From: Camelus ferus
Lineage: Eukaryota
Assembly (NCBI RefSeq): GCF_009834535.1
Contig: NC_045696.1
Coordinates: 4,590,001-4,654,000 of the forward strand
Reading direction: 5' to 3'
Length of the DNA: 64,000 nt
This document shows positions 25,663 through 39,230 of the stretch, piece after piece. A program made the position numbers and the translations under genes. Numbering within the stretch: the stretch's first letter is position 1; each line of letters begins with the position of its first letter. Under the pieces are notes generated by a model. It saw nothing but the letters and a program-made list of their open reading frames with translations. It searched no databases and was not told the origin of the DNA.

Positions 25663-26607
25663 CATGTGTCATATATTGTCATATATCTTTGAATTGAATT
25701 AAATTCAGTAAAAAATTATGAAGTACCTCATTTGTGTCTGTACTGGGCTAGATGTTAGGAACCCTAGGATGAATGGGTTACAGTCCTTGCCTCTCTGAAA
25801 CCTTTATTCTAGTGGGAGAGAAAGACGAGCAACGGGAATCAATATAACTCAGTGCTATCCACGCAATTACAGGCACGTGGACATGGGATGAGGAGAGAGT
25901 GATTAATTCCTTTGCCAATTTATCTCTGGATGCCTTAGCAGTTTTTAAAATTGATTTGTGAATAGTTGATAAATTAAATTTTAAACCAATGAGCATTTCT
26001 GTTTTGTGTCATAGATGTAAATGAACATAATGAGTCAAAACCGCGAATTCTCTTACTCTGTCTGCTCTCCTCTCTTCCAAAAGCACGTTGTATTTTTCTT
26101 CTACATAAATATGTGAGGCAAAGCCTCACCTTCTGGAGTCCTAGAAGGTGGAGTTGACAGAGCTGAAAGGAGTCGGGGGGAGAGATTGCGTATATTAAGC
26201 AAGCAGGTAAACCACTTCTATACTCTCCATGTACATGTAGCATTCTTCAAAAATAAGATCCTAACTGAAAAGAAGGTCTTGGAAAATCAAGTGGGAACCA
26301 AATGTATTGAAAGTCTCTGACTGCAAAGATGGGATGGAGGGCTTAATTGAATTTTCAGAGACAAGGCTGCTGGTACATTATATGCAGACTTCATAAACAA
26401 TTCTATTTACATTCAAAGAGGCAGACCAGGCTCACACTGCAATAAGGTGAAAAGAAGTGCTGTGATTTACATTCGTGCTGCAGTCCTTGGAAGGAAGAAA
26501 GGAAGGATTTTTGTTCTCATGGCTTAACTCTAGGCTCTGGCCATTAAAAGAGACCTTTTCCATGGTGGTGATGGATCATCTAAAAAATATCACTTTAAAA
26601 TTTTAAT

Positions 26608-26750
26608 TTTGTATTAAGAGAATTGACATATAATATTACATTAATTTCAGGTGTACAACTTAATGATTTGATATATGTATATATTTGGAAATGATCACCA
26701 TAATCTAGTTAACATCCATCACCACACAGAGTTACACGTTATTTTGTTTT
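26608..26750 (-). mobile_element. L1MA-type 3'-end fragment
   Basis: aattgacatataatatt...tcaggtgtacaac..aatgatttgatatatgtata...agttaacatccatcacc. Confidence 0.7.
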
Positions 26751-27374
26751 TAATTTAAAAAACATTTTAAAGGCTTTTCTAGAGTAGCCCTACACTCTGA
26801 TATCTTTAGAAGCTATTAAAACCGAGAGCCTGTAATTAGGGTTTCCTTGGATTTGAGGTCCTCGATTTCATCTTCAGGCTGCTTTCAGAATTCCTCAGGG
26901 TGATGTGGATCTCCAAATGACTCCAAGTCAATGCACATCTAATTCAATACTCACCGAGCTTAATCTAGTCATCGTTTATTAAGCGCTGACATTCGGAGAA
27001 TTTAGTTAAGGCCAGTCATGTATTTTAGATTCGAGGGTAACTGATGTTGGGATTTTAAGGAAGCCAATGAGACATCCTGGGGTTTTCTTTCCACACTTGG
27101 AACCAATTAGGAGAGAGAGAGTGAGTCAGATGGAGATTAAAATAACATCTTTTTATGACAAAGTCTGAGTTTGAACCCCAGAACCAGGCCAAGCTGCACC
27201 CTGCTTGGTTTACCACTTGGAGGATACAGACTAAAGGACACGTTCCCTGCAGCCAGACAGGTGCCACTCAGAGAAGGAGAAAATGAGAATGTGCTACTCT
27301 CTTCTCCCAAACTCACCTCTTGTCTGAGGTGAAGGAGGGAAGGATAGAAAGTCTGCGGGTCATATACTCCAATG

Positions 27375-27573
27375 CAGGGTTTCTGTACTGTGGGACTACT
27401 GAATTTGGGGCTTGATAGTTCTTTATTCTAAGGACTTGTCCTGTCCATTGTAGGATGTTTAGCAGCACCGTTGGCCTGTACTCACTAGATACCATACCAC
27501 CACCCAACTTCCCCGTTGGGACAGTCAACAGTGTCCTAGGCATTGCCGAATGTCCCCCAGTGGAGAACCACTT
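27375..27573 (-). mobile_element. MER20 hAT-Charlie MITE
   Basis: cattgtaggatgtttagcagcac...cattgccgaatgtcccc...gagaaccact, with 8-bp TSD CTCCAATG/CTCCAATA. Confidence 0.85.
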
Positions 27574-28798
27574 CTCCAATATAAGGACCCTTCAAATGAA
27601 AGAAAAGCCCCGGAATGGGAAATTAAAGCTGCATCCTCCTCATTGTCCCTCCTAATCCCAGCAGGCAGGACTCACTGCCCTCCTCAGCTCTCCCCCAGCT
27701 CCCTGTGTCTGCTGCCTCCCTCCTGTTTCCTTCTTCTTCCCTTATAATTCCTGTCACTTGTGGATTGGCATGAAGACAGCAGCTGCCTGGCCTTGTGTTT
27801 CTTGAGTACCCACGTGCACCTCTTTACCCCTCCCAGTGCCTGCCCCAGCCCTTGGTGTTCACAGAAAGGCCTCGTGTGTGTGTGGTGGTATTGGTTTTAG
27901 GGGATTTTTTTCAGATATTAGAAGAAAAATGGATGTGAACATTTTTCCATGTAAATATTTAGCTGTCTATGCATTTCCCCACCCCTCCAAACATTCTGTG
28001 CATTTGTGTGACCTGCCGAATGCATAGATCTTACCCAGCACAAAAAGCAGGGACTCTGAAAATAGTGGGAAGAGTAGCAAGTGATTGTTGTAGTCATGGT
28101 GCTGGCTGCAAGCCCTGGCTTAGCACAGAGTGCCATTAAATAGGGATAGTGGTCATATATTTTGCCAGCATCATTTTGATTCCTCTCAAAAAGTGTTTTC
28201 ATACATCATTCTTATGTTTTTCTCTTGGATTCGAGCTATGATTTTCCAGTTATAGGATACATGTAGCTAATTAGGACTAGTTTAGGGGCAAAAAGTAACA
28301 TTTTGCAAAACATGTTCATTTGAAATTGTATCAATACTTCTATCAGTTATTTGAGGAATTAGAGTTAGTATATAATTAAGTACAACATCCTTGTTCCCAT
28401 CACTCAGAAAAGCTTTCAAGGGGATCAAGTTATAAAATCAACATGTCTATTCCAAGGTAGAGAAATAACATGTCACTTAAGTTATCTTCTGCTTCTTAGT
28501 AAAAAGGTCTAAGAACCTAGAAGTTGTCCAGTCAACCCTCAAGGCCCTTGGCTGCACCAATACATCATTTTTCTCTGAAACGTTCTAACACTGGCTCAGT
28601 GTTGGGCAGCTCTAACCGTCAGAACAGTCCGCCACACGTGGAGCAAAGTCTACCTGCCTTTAACTTTCTTCCTGAAGGTCTGGGGGCCTAGAGAACATTT
28701 CATCTTCTTACCATAGTGGTCACTGCGAAATCTTCAGAATTCTTTTATTATGGTTGTTCCAGATTTTCTTTTTCTCATGCCTCCACGTTTTTGCCTCC

Positions 28799-29190
28799 TG
28801 TGATGGGCTGGAGTGTGTCCTCCCAAAATTTGTATGTTGAAGCCCTAACCTCTAGTTTCTCATAATATGACTATATTGGAGATAAAGCCTTTAAAGAGGT
28901 GATTAAATGAGGCCATTAGTATGAGATTCTAGCCGCAAATGATAGAGGACCTTATAAAAAGAGGAAATTTGGACACAAAGATAGACAACAGGGAGATACA
29001 TGCACAGAGCGGCGCCCATGTGAGGATATAGTCAGAAGACTGTCATCTACAAGACCAGGAGAGCAGTCTCAGTGCTGCTCACACATGGATCTGGGACTTC
29101 TAGCCTCCAGAATGTTCAGAAAACACAATTTTGTTGTTGAAGTCATCCAAGTCTGTGGTAGTTTGTTACAGCAGCTTGAGCAGACTGGTA
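28799..29190 (+). mobile_element. MLT1A/B-like MaLR solo LTR
   Basis: tgtgatgggctggagtgtgtcctcccaaaatttgtatgttgaagccctaacc..., with perfect 5-bp TSD CCTCC. Confidence 0.87.
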
Positions 29191-32004
29191 CCTCCTCTCT
29201 GCATCCTCCATGGTGTAACTTGTTGGCGTCCTGCCTCAACTTCTCTCTCTAATAATAGCACCTGCCCTGTGGGCTGGCAGGTCCCAGGAGATAATGAGTG
29301 GTTTCAGGCACAGTATTTAATGAATGCTCCTTTTGGTAACAGGATTCTCAGGATCATTCCTAACATTATATTTATTTAAGTAACTAATAAATTATTAAAT
29401 AAGACAAAGTTATGGTCAGTCTCATGCCACTTCAGTGTTTCTGTAAGGTTGTCTTTGATCTATTCCTAAACACCTCTTCAGACATTCATACTTGGGGCTC
29501 CTTTGTTGTGTGCCTACATCCCTTATTGAAATTTGGTTGTGTTGTATCTGGCATTCTTCTTGTTGACTGGTCTCATATTTTGAAAAAAAAATATTCAAAG
29601 ATATTTACTTTGCTTTTAAGTGCATAGAGTTGGTCCAAATGTGCAAATGTAAAAATAGTTCTTGTGATGATGGTTCCTTGGGATCATGGGTTTATTTCTA
29701 TTGGCTAAAATTTCCCTAATAGTAATAGAACTGCTTTCTATTATTTCCTGATTGTACTTGTGTTGGTCTTCGGTAGTCGTGACTGAGTTCCATGTATGAT
29801 GTCAATATGATACGGTAGCCATTCAAAACATGCAAGTGAAGGCACCACTGATTTAGAAGTTGGTATTGAGTCTGGTCCTAGCCACCTGTCCCCTCTCCTG
29901 CACTTTCTTGCTGGCATCTCACACTAGGTTATTCTGTCTGTGGAGACAGTCACAACGGGATCAAGGGCATGCCAGGCGTGTGGTCCTGGGTGTCCTTTGA
30001 TAGGCTATGTGGTCATTATTTCCTCATTATGATCCATATAAGGTTAGAACTACTTTCTCTTTACAAATAGGATTTGATTTTTTTTTTAATGAAATACTGA
30101 AAGATGCTGTGTCTGGCACTGTCTTCATGCTCCTTCTTGGAAATGAGTGATGCCATGTTGGTTTAATTTAAAACATTCTAGTAATAACTCTCAGATGTTA
30201 CAACTCAATTTAATTTTCAGAAGTCATCACGAAGGGAATATTTTAAAAATCTTAACTCCTTTAAGTTTAAAAGTGTTCTGCAGAATTAATTTGGCAACAG
30301 CCAGCCACCCACTCCAGCCCTAACCTTCTAGAAAAGATATGCCTTCAGGACATTTCTCCAAATGAAGTGTCAAATCCGTATCAAGTTGAATTTCCAATGT
30401 GGGATAATGGACTCTATTTTATGACCTTCTTCTGCGCCCCAGGGAGTGCTTGGGCCCATTACACAGTTGACTGGTGGATATTAGGTTTATTACTGAAAGG
30501 GACTCAAGTGGCGGCAGGGTTTCTGCTTGGCGAAGCCCAAGCCACATTTCATAGGTTCTGGCGTTATTAATGGTGCATCTGGTTGCCTTGAGAATGTTCA
30601 AACTCCACTCTGTAATGAATACTTAATAGTAAGGCGATTGTGATTCTTTTCTTCTCAGAGAAGTCTCTGTGACTCAGCAAATCCGTTCTACTGTGATAGG
30701 CAAAGTGTCAAAATTAACGAATTCCAACCGAGATTCGGTCCCTCCAGGGAAAAACCTCGTGTGGTTGTAAATTAGCCTTAATGCCACAATATGTTTTGAA
30801 CATGCTGCATTTTCACTGTGGATTTGGGCTTAGATGTCTTTAGAGGAAACCACTCTGGAAATCATGTTTTCTGGTTTGGTTGTTTCAGTCCTTAATTATA
30901 GTTTTAATTTTTGGAAGAAGTACACCATGGTACATTATTAAGATTTTCTAGAACAAAAAGAAAAGAAAGAAAAGAAAGAGGAAGTAAGAGCTATAATCAA
31001 AGGCATTTCAGTGGCAGAGTTTTGTGGTTTTTTTTTTTTTTTATTCTCCATTTTTTGTGCAGTTCTAGTCTAAGATTATTATTGCTGAGCTTCTATCTAA
31101 AGGTAAAAGATTACAAAGATGAAAGATGACAAAGTCTTTGATATGAGCCCCAAGAAACACAGTGTACCTAGCCAAGCACATTTTATTATGAGCAGCATAA
31201 ATCATTATTCTGCAATGATGTTTAGATCAAAGGTCGCTAACTTGAGAATTTTGTCCCTTAAGGAATTGAACTCAGAACTGTAGGTGCCTTGGCCTCCCTT
31301 CAGAGGAGAGAGCCCAGGACAAGCCTCTTATTCTCAGAGGGACCTGAGCCCAAACTGCTTAAATGAGTCCTGGACCACATCCCATGTCTCTCCCTCACTA
31401 CGAGGTTCAAAGTTCGTGTGGTTTCTCATCCCTAATGTGAAAATAGCAACAATAGCTGCTGTAAGATTTGTTTTCAGGATTCATGAAGTTTTGTATTACG
31501 GTACTTTAGCATAGTCCTAGCACAAAATACATATTCAGTAAATGTTAGCTATTCATTTACACCCAAAATGGAAACAATAATGATAGATTTAAACTAAATT
31601 TAAAGTTAATTATGCACTTTGTGATACTGTCTTGCTAGAAATGAGACTAGCCAGCCATGTAAGTGGAGATTACAATAATGTCATATATAGATGCACCCCA
31701 CCAATTGTTGGGAGCACTCTCTAGTCTCTGTGCTGCCTGAAACACACAACATGAGATCCTGGAGAACTGACTCCCTCCCCCGTCTACGCCTTCTTCTCCC
31801 CACATACGGTATGTAACAACAAACGCTATGGCGACTTAATCAGATGGTGGTGGGAGAAAATGCTTCGAAGTAAAAGCACTTTAAATAAAGTACTCTATAC
31901 CTACCCAGGTGGAATCATGAATCATTTATGGTGAAACATTCATTTTAAGATGTAATTCACTGAGATTTATTTATTTATATTTAATTGCATTTAATAAGAC
32001 AGTC

Positions 32005-32850
32005 ATGAATTCAAAGCATGTTCATTAAGATTCTACTACATGCTGGAAACTGCTCAAGGAGTTGGAGACATCAGGGAATGAAACCAATCAAGTATCTACC
32101 CTTTAGGAACTAAACATTGAAAGGGAGGGAGAGACAGACAATCAAATGTAAGTGAGTAAATTATGCAGTGTACTAAAATGTGATAGAGGCTGTGGAGAGA
32201 AAGAGCAGATGAGGGCAATTGGGAGCACTCACTGTGGTGGAGAGAATTTCTACTTAAATAAGTCAGCAAGCCCCATTGAGGGGGAGACAGCTCAGCAAAG
32301 CCTTGAAAAGGTGAGGGAGTGAGCCAGGTGGTTTTGGTGAGAAGATAGACATCATCCTAGGCAGAGGGGGGAATGTGTAAAGACAGAGATGGAGCTGGTG
32401 AGGATGCTCTAGAGATGTGGCTGGAGCAGAATGAGCAAGGGGGAGGAATAAGGGGTCATGTCAGAGAGGAACAGTGAGCATGGATCACAGAGAAAGACTG
32501 GCTTTTATGCGGGAGAATGGGGGCCCTGGAGGGCTCTGAGCAGAGGAGAGAGAGGACCTGGCATGTGTAACTGGGTTTATCTGGCTGATGGATCAGTGAG
32601 TATGAGTTGGGGGCAGTGGTAGGGGCAGAGAGATCTATAGGGCACCGTCATGGCAATCCCAGGAGGAGGGACGGTGGCTTGGACCAGGGAGGTGGCAGAA
32701 GAGTTAGCAGGTAGCTGACTTGGAGTCTATTTTGAAGGTGCAGCTAATGGACTTCCCGATGCAGTGAATTTAAGGCATGAGAAAAAGAGGGTCATCGGGT
32801 GGACTCCAAGTGTTTGCTCTGAGCAACTGTAAGAATGAGTGGTCTTTAGC
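32005..32850 (-). mobile_element. L2 LINE remnant
   Basis: Purine-rich antisense L2 (gtggctggagcagaatgagcaagggg...ggcttggaccagggaggtggcag...ctattttgaaggt...ctgagcaactg). Confidence 0.75.
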
Positions 32851-35800
32851 TCTTTTACTTAAAAACTAATACTTTGTGGATAGCATAGTTTTGTACCTTG
32901 TGTGGTTCTAATTTATCTCTTTCTGAAATTTTAGTAAGTGTGAAAAAGAATCCTGTGGAAGAGGAGGAAGGTAAGAGAACTTCCTGAATGTGATATGTTA
33001 AGAATGCTGATCCCAGAATGTGAATGTAACTGAGTGGACCAGGAAACTAGAGCATCAATTTATCAGGGTCCCAGTCAACAGATTATTTTTTCTTAAATGT
33101 TTGAGACTCGTAAGTAGGAGAGCCTGTGGTGTGTCATTGGGCTCAGTGTTGGCTGATGTAGGGTGAGATCAGACACACTGTGATTCGTACACGTGGACAG
33201 CATCGTTGAATGTAAGGGTTGGTTAGGGCTGCCTTAGTGTGATCAGAGAGATACAGTCTCTAGAAACACGTTTACCTATAGTTTTTGCTTTCTGTGTGTT
33301 TTTTCCTTTTTAAGCTCTTTCTTCCAGTATTCAGATCTTCACTTTCAAATTCTATTTACATTGAAATATTTAATTTTTCAGGTTTAGGTATATATTTAAC
33401 TTAATTATTTGGACTATTAATGCCCTCCCTCCTTACCTTCTGATATTTTTTCCATGTATTACCATTTGGTGTTAAATCAGTATTGGGGGTTTGTATTATT
33501 ATAACTACGTAAATATTTATACATAGCTCAGCTACAGCTGAGTCACATAGTATACTGTAAACACTTTCCTTTCTATTATAGCTTTGTGTGTTTCCTAAGA
33601 TTAATAATTACTTACTTTTTTGCTTACTTAGTTTTCACTGCATGTGTAACTAATTCATCCCCCAAATTCTCCAACAGGACAAAATACTGCTCTGAACACA
33701 TTCAGGTACATCAAGGTCTTTGAATGTTTATGTTTTTCTTTAAAACATCTCCCTGGGAGCCTTCTTTCTGCACCAGTCTAGACTAGCTTCCACTATACAG
33801 TTCTTATCTTGGAATCTTTCACAGTCACTCTGGAAATTCCTTTTGTTTCTCATCAGCTGTGTTGAGTCTCTGTTTCATGGATGTCATATATTTTTCTTTC
33901 TTGGTTTGCTGCCTTTTTATTCATCTTCCATAAGTTTTTGAATAGAGTGCATGAGAGGTAAAATTTTTGATTTTGCATTATCTAAAAATGTCTTCACTCC
34001 ATTGCTTGATACTCTGGGTGTAGAATTATAGGTCAGTCCCACGTCTTCTTCTGTAAATGGGCACGCTGAGGTCCAGAGAGGTGAAAGAGCTGGCCCTGAC
34101 CCCCACGCTGTCATAGACCAGAGTCCTGACAGCAGGCTTCCACTATGGAGAAGCCCCACGAGGATGGCACTTTTTTTGTCCCAAAGAAATGTCCTTTCTT
34201 CTTCAAGGGAGACCTGACTTGAGTTACATTTAAGTGTTCATTGCATGATCTATGTACTCAGTGCTACATAAGCAGATGGTGTACAAGGGTGATAATGTCC
34301 CTTTTGCTGTATCCAGGGTACTAACGTTTCAGCAATGAACAAAGTCACATAAATGAGCAGTATCTTGATGAAGCAAGGGCAGAAAATGCAAGAATGGATT
34401 AGCTGGCATGAAAGTACAGAGAATGATGAAGTCAGCTGGGTTCTGTGCAATGTTCCCCAGTGTGCTGTGGGAAGACAGAGGGGTGTATCATACCTGGAAC
34501 CTAGACACAGTTTTTTCCCATCACTGCTTTGGAGAAAGTAGGCATTGCCGGTAAAACAAAACAACCAAACATCTATGCTCCAACATTGTTCACCCACCCT
34601 GCCCCGAAACTCCGTTAAAATGATAATAAAGGAATTTACACATAATCCTAAGGACAAAGAGGAAAAGATGCAAGATGGTGGCAGCCATAAGATGCCAATG
34701 GTGGTGAATGAGTGAGTGGTCCCTGATTTAACACACTGGAGAAAACTCAAGGAGTCACACAAGGGGAAGGAATCCAGTGACCAGATCTCTAACTCAGATT
34801 GGTAAATTGGAGGGACCAGGCTGGACTAGAGTCAATCCTCTAGGAGTCTTTCTAATTCAAAAGATTGTTGCCACCCACCACTTAGGGTATATTTACCATT
34901 ATGAGAATAATCATTCATTTTTTCACTGAAACACAAAGTAAAACCTGTGCATTACCTGAAAAAATAAATTACCTTAAAAATTAGACTTATGTAAGTCCTA
35001 AGGCCAGAGCGAAATGGAAAATTCAGTGCCTCTGAGCATGGTGAAGCTCTAGCAAAAGAAAATGATGCTGAACACTGTTGTAGTAGTGAGATTAACTAAG
35101 AAAAATGTGTGTCTTTTTTATCATGTTTCATTACTGGACTTAGATTTTACATTTTCCTGTTGAGGTACCATTGTAGTCTCTGGTTTTAATTCATTTTGTT
35201 ATTTAATCGTAGAATGGGTGAATAAGTTGGTTTCAGTGAATTCACTCTTTCCCTCCCACTGATAGTCTGATTTTTATTCTTGCTTTGCTGGTTTGTTTCT
35301 AGTCCATATTACTGTGTTTTTGGACATTCTTTTTTGGTAATTTCCCCCTCTCTCCAAGCCTTTTAATTTGCAGGAATCAATTCTGTCAACATTACTGTGT
35401 TGTCAGCTCCATTTCTCACTCTCTTTTTCTGATGATTTTCTTAATTTGTAATTCCTTGTGTGAATCTGCACTCATCCCTCATTCTTCATTAATTTGTTCT
35501 ATTTTTGTTCCATCATTTTTGTACTCCCCAATCCTAAGGAGTCATTTACATCATTTTGGTTTATTCATGTGCTTTACTGCTTGTGATCATTATTCCCAGA
35601 GTGTCTTCTGCTTCTTCCAAATCACTAGCCACTTTCATGCCTTTTGAAACCTTTGAGCTTAAAATGTAAATGCTGGAACATAGCAAACTACATACGTATT
35701 ATTCATTACATAGTCTGTATTTTTCTCTGAAATTGTACACTTAACTACTAGCAATGTTACTGCAGGTGACTTTCATCCATCCAAAGGGACAGAGAGACTT

Positions 35801-36219
35801 CATCTCTAAAGTGAATTCCCTAGACATACATGGAATTTACTCTCTAGAAGGATATTGCAAACAATACTTAGACAAATGTGGGCAAAATGTTGACATTTTT
35901 CTTATTTTTTCCCTTTGGAGATTTGTAAAACACACAGCAAAATTGAGCTTTTTTCCTTCCTTGTTGCAAAATCTGCACACATATCAGATAAAAAGAACAT
36001 TCTTACATAGAGTAGCTAAAATATCATAAATGTGTTCTTCTTATAATATCTGAGAAATTCTTTTCTTTTCAGCCACTAATTCTTGTTGTCCCTTGAGATT
36101 TGCATAATGGAATTTAGATTATAATAGATGATACATATGAAATACATATTAAATATTCCTTAAAAGGAATCTTTTAGCTATATATGGTCTGAAAACCGTA
36201 ATATTTTAAAATTTAGTAT

Positions 36220-36630
36220 TTATTTATTTATTCAGTATGAATTTGAGGATTTCTATTATGTACCAGTCAGTGCACTAAATACCAGGAATAAGTTTGCATC
36301 ATCTATAATGCAGTGCCCCTCTTGAAGATTTTGAGAGTTGGGAACACATACCAAACAACTGAGAAGAGACTGAAAAAATGGAGTAGGAAGCTGAGAAGAA
36401 GGGCATGGGGTTCAGTCTGAGAGGTAGAAGACCAGGAGTAAATCCCAAGGAATTGATGTTTAAGCTGAGAGTCAAAAAATGAGTAGTAGCAAATTGGGTG
36501 AAGGATGGTGAAATATTCCAGCTAGGCATTCAGTATCTATGTTGGGATGAGAAGTGGTTTGAGGACCCCAAGGCACTGAGGAGACTGGTATGGCTGGACC
36601 CTAGTAAACCATCAGCATAAGATTAAGTTG
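36220..36630 (-). mobile_element. L2 fragment
   Basis: ttcagtatgaatttgaggatttctattatgtaccag...tgatgtttaagctgagagtc. Confidence 0.55.
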
Positions 36631-36749
36631 GATTTTTTTTTTCTGTGAACAGTTTATTAATATCAAAATTTAATAAGGCAGATAAAATCTCAACAAAAAA
36701 CTGATATATCACCCCAATACCAATCAGCACTAAAAAAGAAACTCAGTTT

Positions 36750-39230
36750 CCAGTTCTCCTTTTGGATTTGATATTTCTCCCTCTAATTCTAGCAGAATTG
36801 CTTTGTGTGCTTTAAAGTTCTGATTAGATACTTAAACATTTAGGATTGTTAAGTATTTTTGATGAATCGACCGTTTTATCATTAGAAAGTAACCATTTAG
36901 CAATATTCCTTATCCTGAAATCTACTTTGATATTAATGTAGCCACTCCAGCTTTCTTTTGAGTAGTGTTAGACTGGTATGTTTTTCTATCCCTTTTCTTT
37001 TAAACTACTTATCTTTTAATTAAAATGGATTTCCTAGATTACATAGAGTTAAATCTTGATTTTTTTCATCCAGTTTGACAATTTCTGCCTTTTAATTGAA
37101 GTATTTAGGCCATTTATGTTTAATGTGAACATCAATTTGGTTAGATTTAAATCTACCATCTTGATAATTACTTCCTATTTATTTCATCTACTGTGTTCTT
37201 TTTTTTTTCTTTCCTTGTCTCTTTTTGGATTAATGGAATTTTTTAAATTATCAATTTTATCTACAATAATGGTTTGTTTAATGTCTAAGTTTCATTTTGT
37301 TTGTTTCTTAAGGTTTGCTTTAGGGTTTACAATATTTGTCTTTAAACTAACATGATCTTCTTTCAAATACTATTATAAAGCAATGTATAATAGAAGAAAT
37401 TTACAACCATAGATTGTTATTTCCCTCCTCCCACCTGTCTTTGTGCTAATATTGTTATTCATTTTATCTCTCTCTATATAACTTCACAATGTATTATCAT
37501 CTTTGCTTTAAACAGTAAATTGTCTTTTGATGATTTTTTTAAATGAGGAAATATGTTTGTTATATTTACTCACATATTTATCATTTTTGACATTCTTCAT
37601 TTCCTTTGAGAAGTCAAAAACTTCTGTCTGGTATCAATTTCCTTTTACCTGAAAGACTTTCTTTAACATTCATTATACTGCTGGTCCACTGTCAGTGAAA
37701 TCTCTTAGCTTTTGAATATCTGGAAAGTCATTATTTTGCCTTCATTTATGATTTTTTTTTGCTAGGTATAGAATTTTAAATTGAAAGATTTTTTTCTCTT
37801 TAAATAATCCTTTAATTTTTTTTCTCCACTTCTGGCTTACTTTGTTTCTGATTAGTTTGTCATCATTCTTACTTTTGTTTTTCTGCATTGTAATGTTTAT
37901 TTTTTAAAAAATTTGCTGCTTTTAATATTTTTCTGTTTATTGCTGGCTTTCAGCAATTTAATTATGATGTGTCATGGTGTGATTTTCTTCATGCTTTCTT
38001 CTGTTTGGTATCCATTAAATTTATGGGATATTTGGGATTTTGACATTCATTAAATTTTGAAAATGTTGGGTATTAATCCACAAAAAAATTTTTCTGTCTG
38101 AGTTCTTCCTTCTGGAACTCCAATTATACATATATTAGGCCACATGATATTGTCCCACCTCTCACTGATTTTACGTTTATTGTCTTTGAGCCTTTTTCCT
38201 TTGTTTTATTTTTTTGTGTGTGTGTATCTTCTATTTCTTTGCCTTCTGGTTCATTGATATTTTCTTCTACAAAATCTAATTTTCTGTTAATTCCACTTGC
38301 CTGTTTTTTACTTCAAGAAATTTTCAATCTCAAGTAGTTTTCATCTCAAGAAGTTTCATTTTGGCTGTTTTTATATTCTCCATTTCTCTCATCAGTATGC
38401 CCTTGCTTTCCTCTACTATCTCGAAGATATTGGGATATTTATAACAGCTCTTTTAATGTCCATGCCTGCTAATTCTGTCATCTGTCATTTCTGTGTCTGC
38501 TTGTATTGAATAAATTTACTTCTGATAATAGGTCATATTTTCCTACTTGTGTCCAGTTTCTTGGATGCCAGACTGTTGTAAACTTCACATTATCGATTGT
38601 TGGATTTTGTTCTTCTTCATTAATCAGCATTGAAATTTATTTGTTGTGCAGTTAAATTACTTGGAATCAATTTAATCTCTTCTGGAATCCATTTGAGGAT
38701 CCTTTTAAAACCTTGTTATGGTGAGTTTATCTGTTATGGTGACACACTTCTGAGTATTCTGTCTGATACCCCATGCATTAGTTCTTCCACTGTGGCTGGA
38801 ACATGGACTAGACCCTCCCTGATTTGAGCTTCAGGGATTTTTCTACCTGCTCCATTGTAGTGTTTCTTAGCCAGCATTAGTAGTTTCCTCACACATATGT
38901 AAATATCGGTCCACAGCTAAAGACTCATCAAAAGGAATCTTCTTCACACTCTCAAGCTTCTCCAACATGCAGCTTCCTTCTCTTTGCTTTGTAAACTTGG
39001 CAGTCTTGACCGCCCCAAGCCTCACATTTGGTCTACTCAACTCAAAAATTCCGCCAAGTTCTTTTTAGAGATGATGTGGTAACTTTCTCCAGGCATTAAG
39101 CTGGATGCGAGTGGGGCCCATCTCACTTGTTTCCTTCTTTCACAGCTTACTGCTTTGTATTGACTGAATGTTTACTTGCAGGAGGGTAAATCCAGCTCCT
39201 GTTTTGTTGTTTCATCATGGGCAGAGACAG
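36750..39230 (-). mobile_element. Ancient L1 (L1M) 5' half, heavily decayed
   Basis: T-rich antisense L1 (atattaatgtagccactccagctttcttttg; ccttctggaactccaattatacatatattagg). Confidence 0.7.

Noticed and set aside
34250..34762. 170-aa minus-strand ORF
   Set aside because: No recognisable domain, non-ATG start, antisense within an intron.
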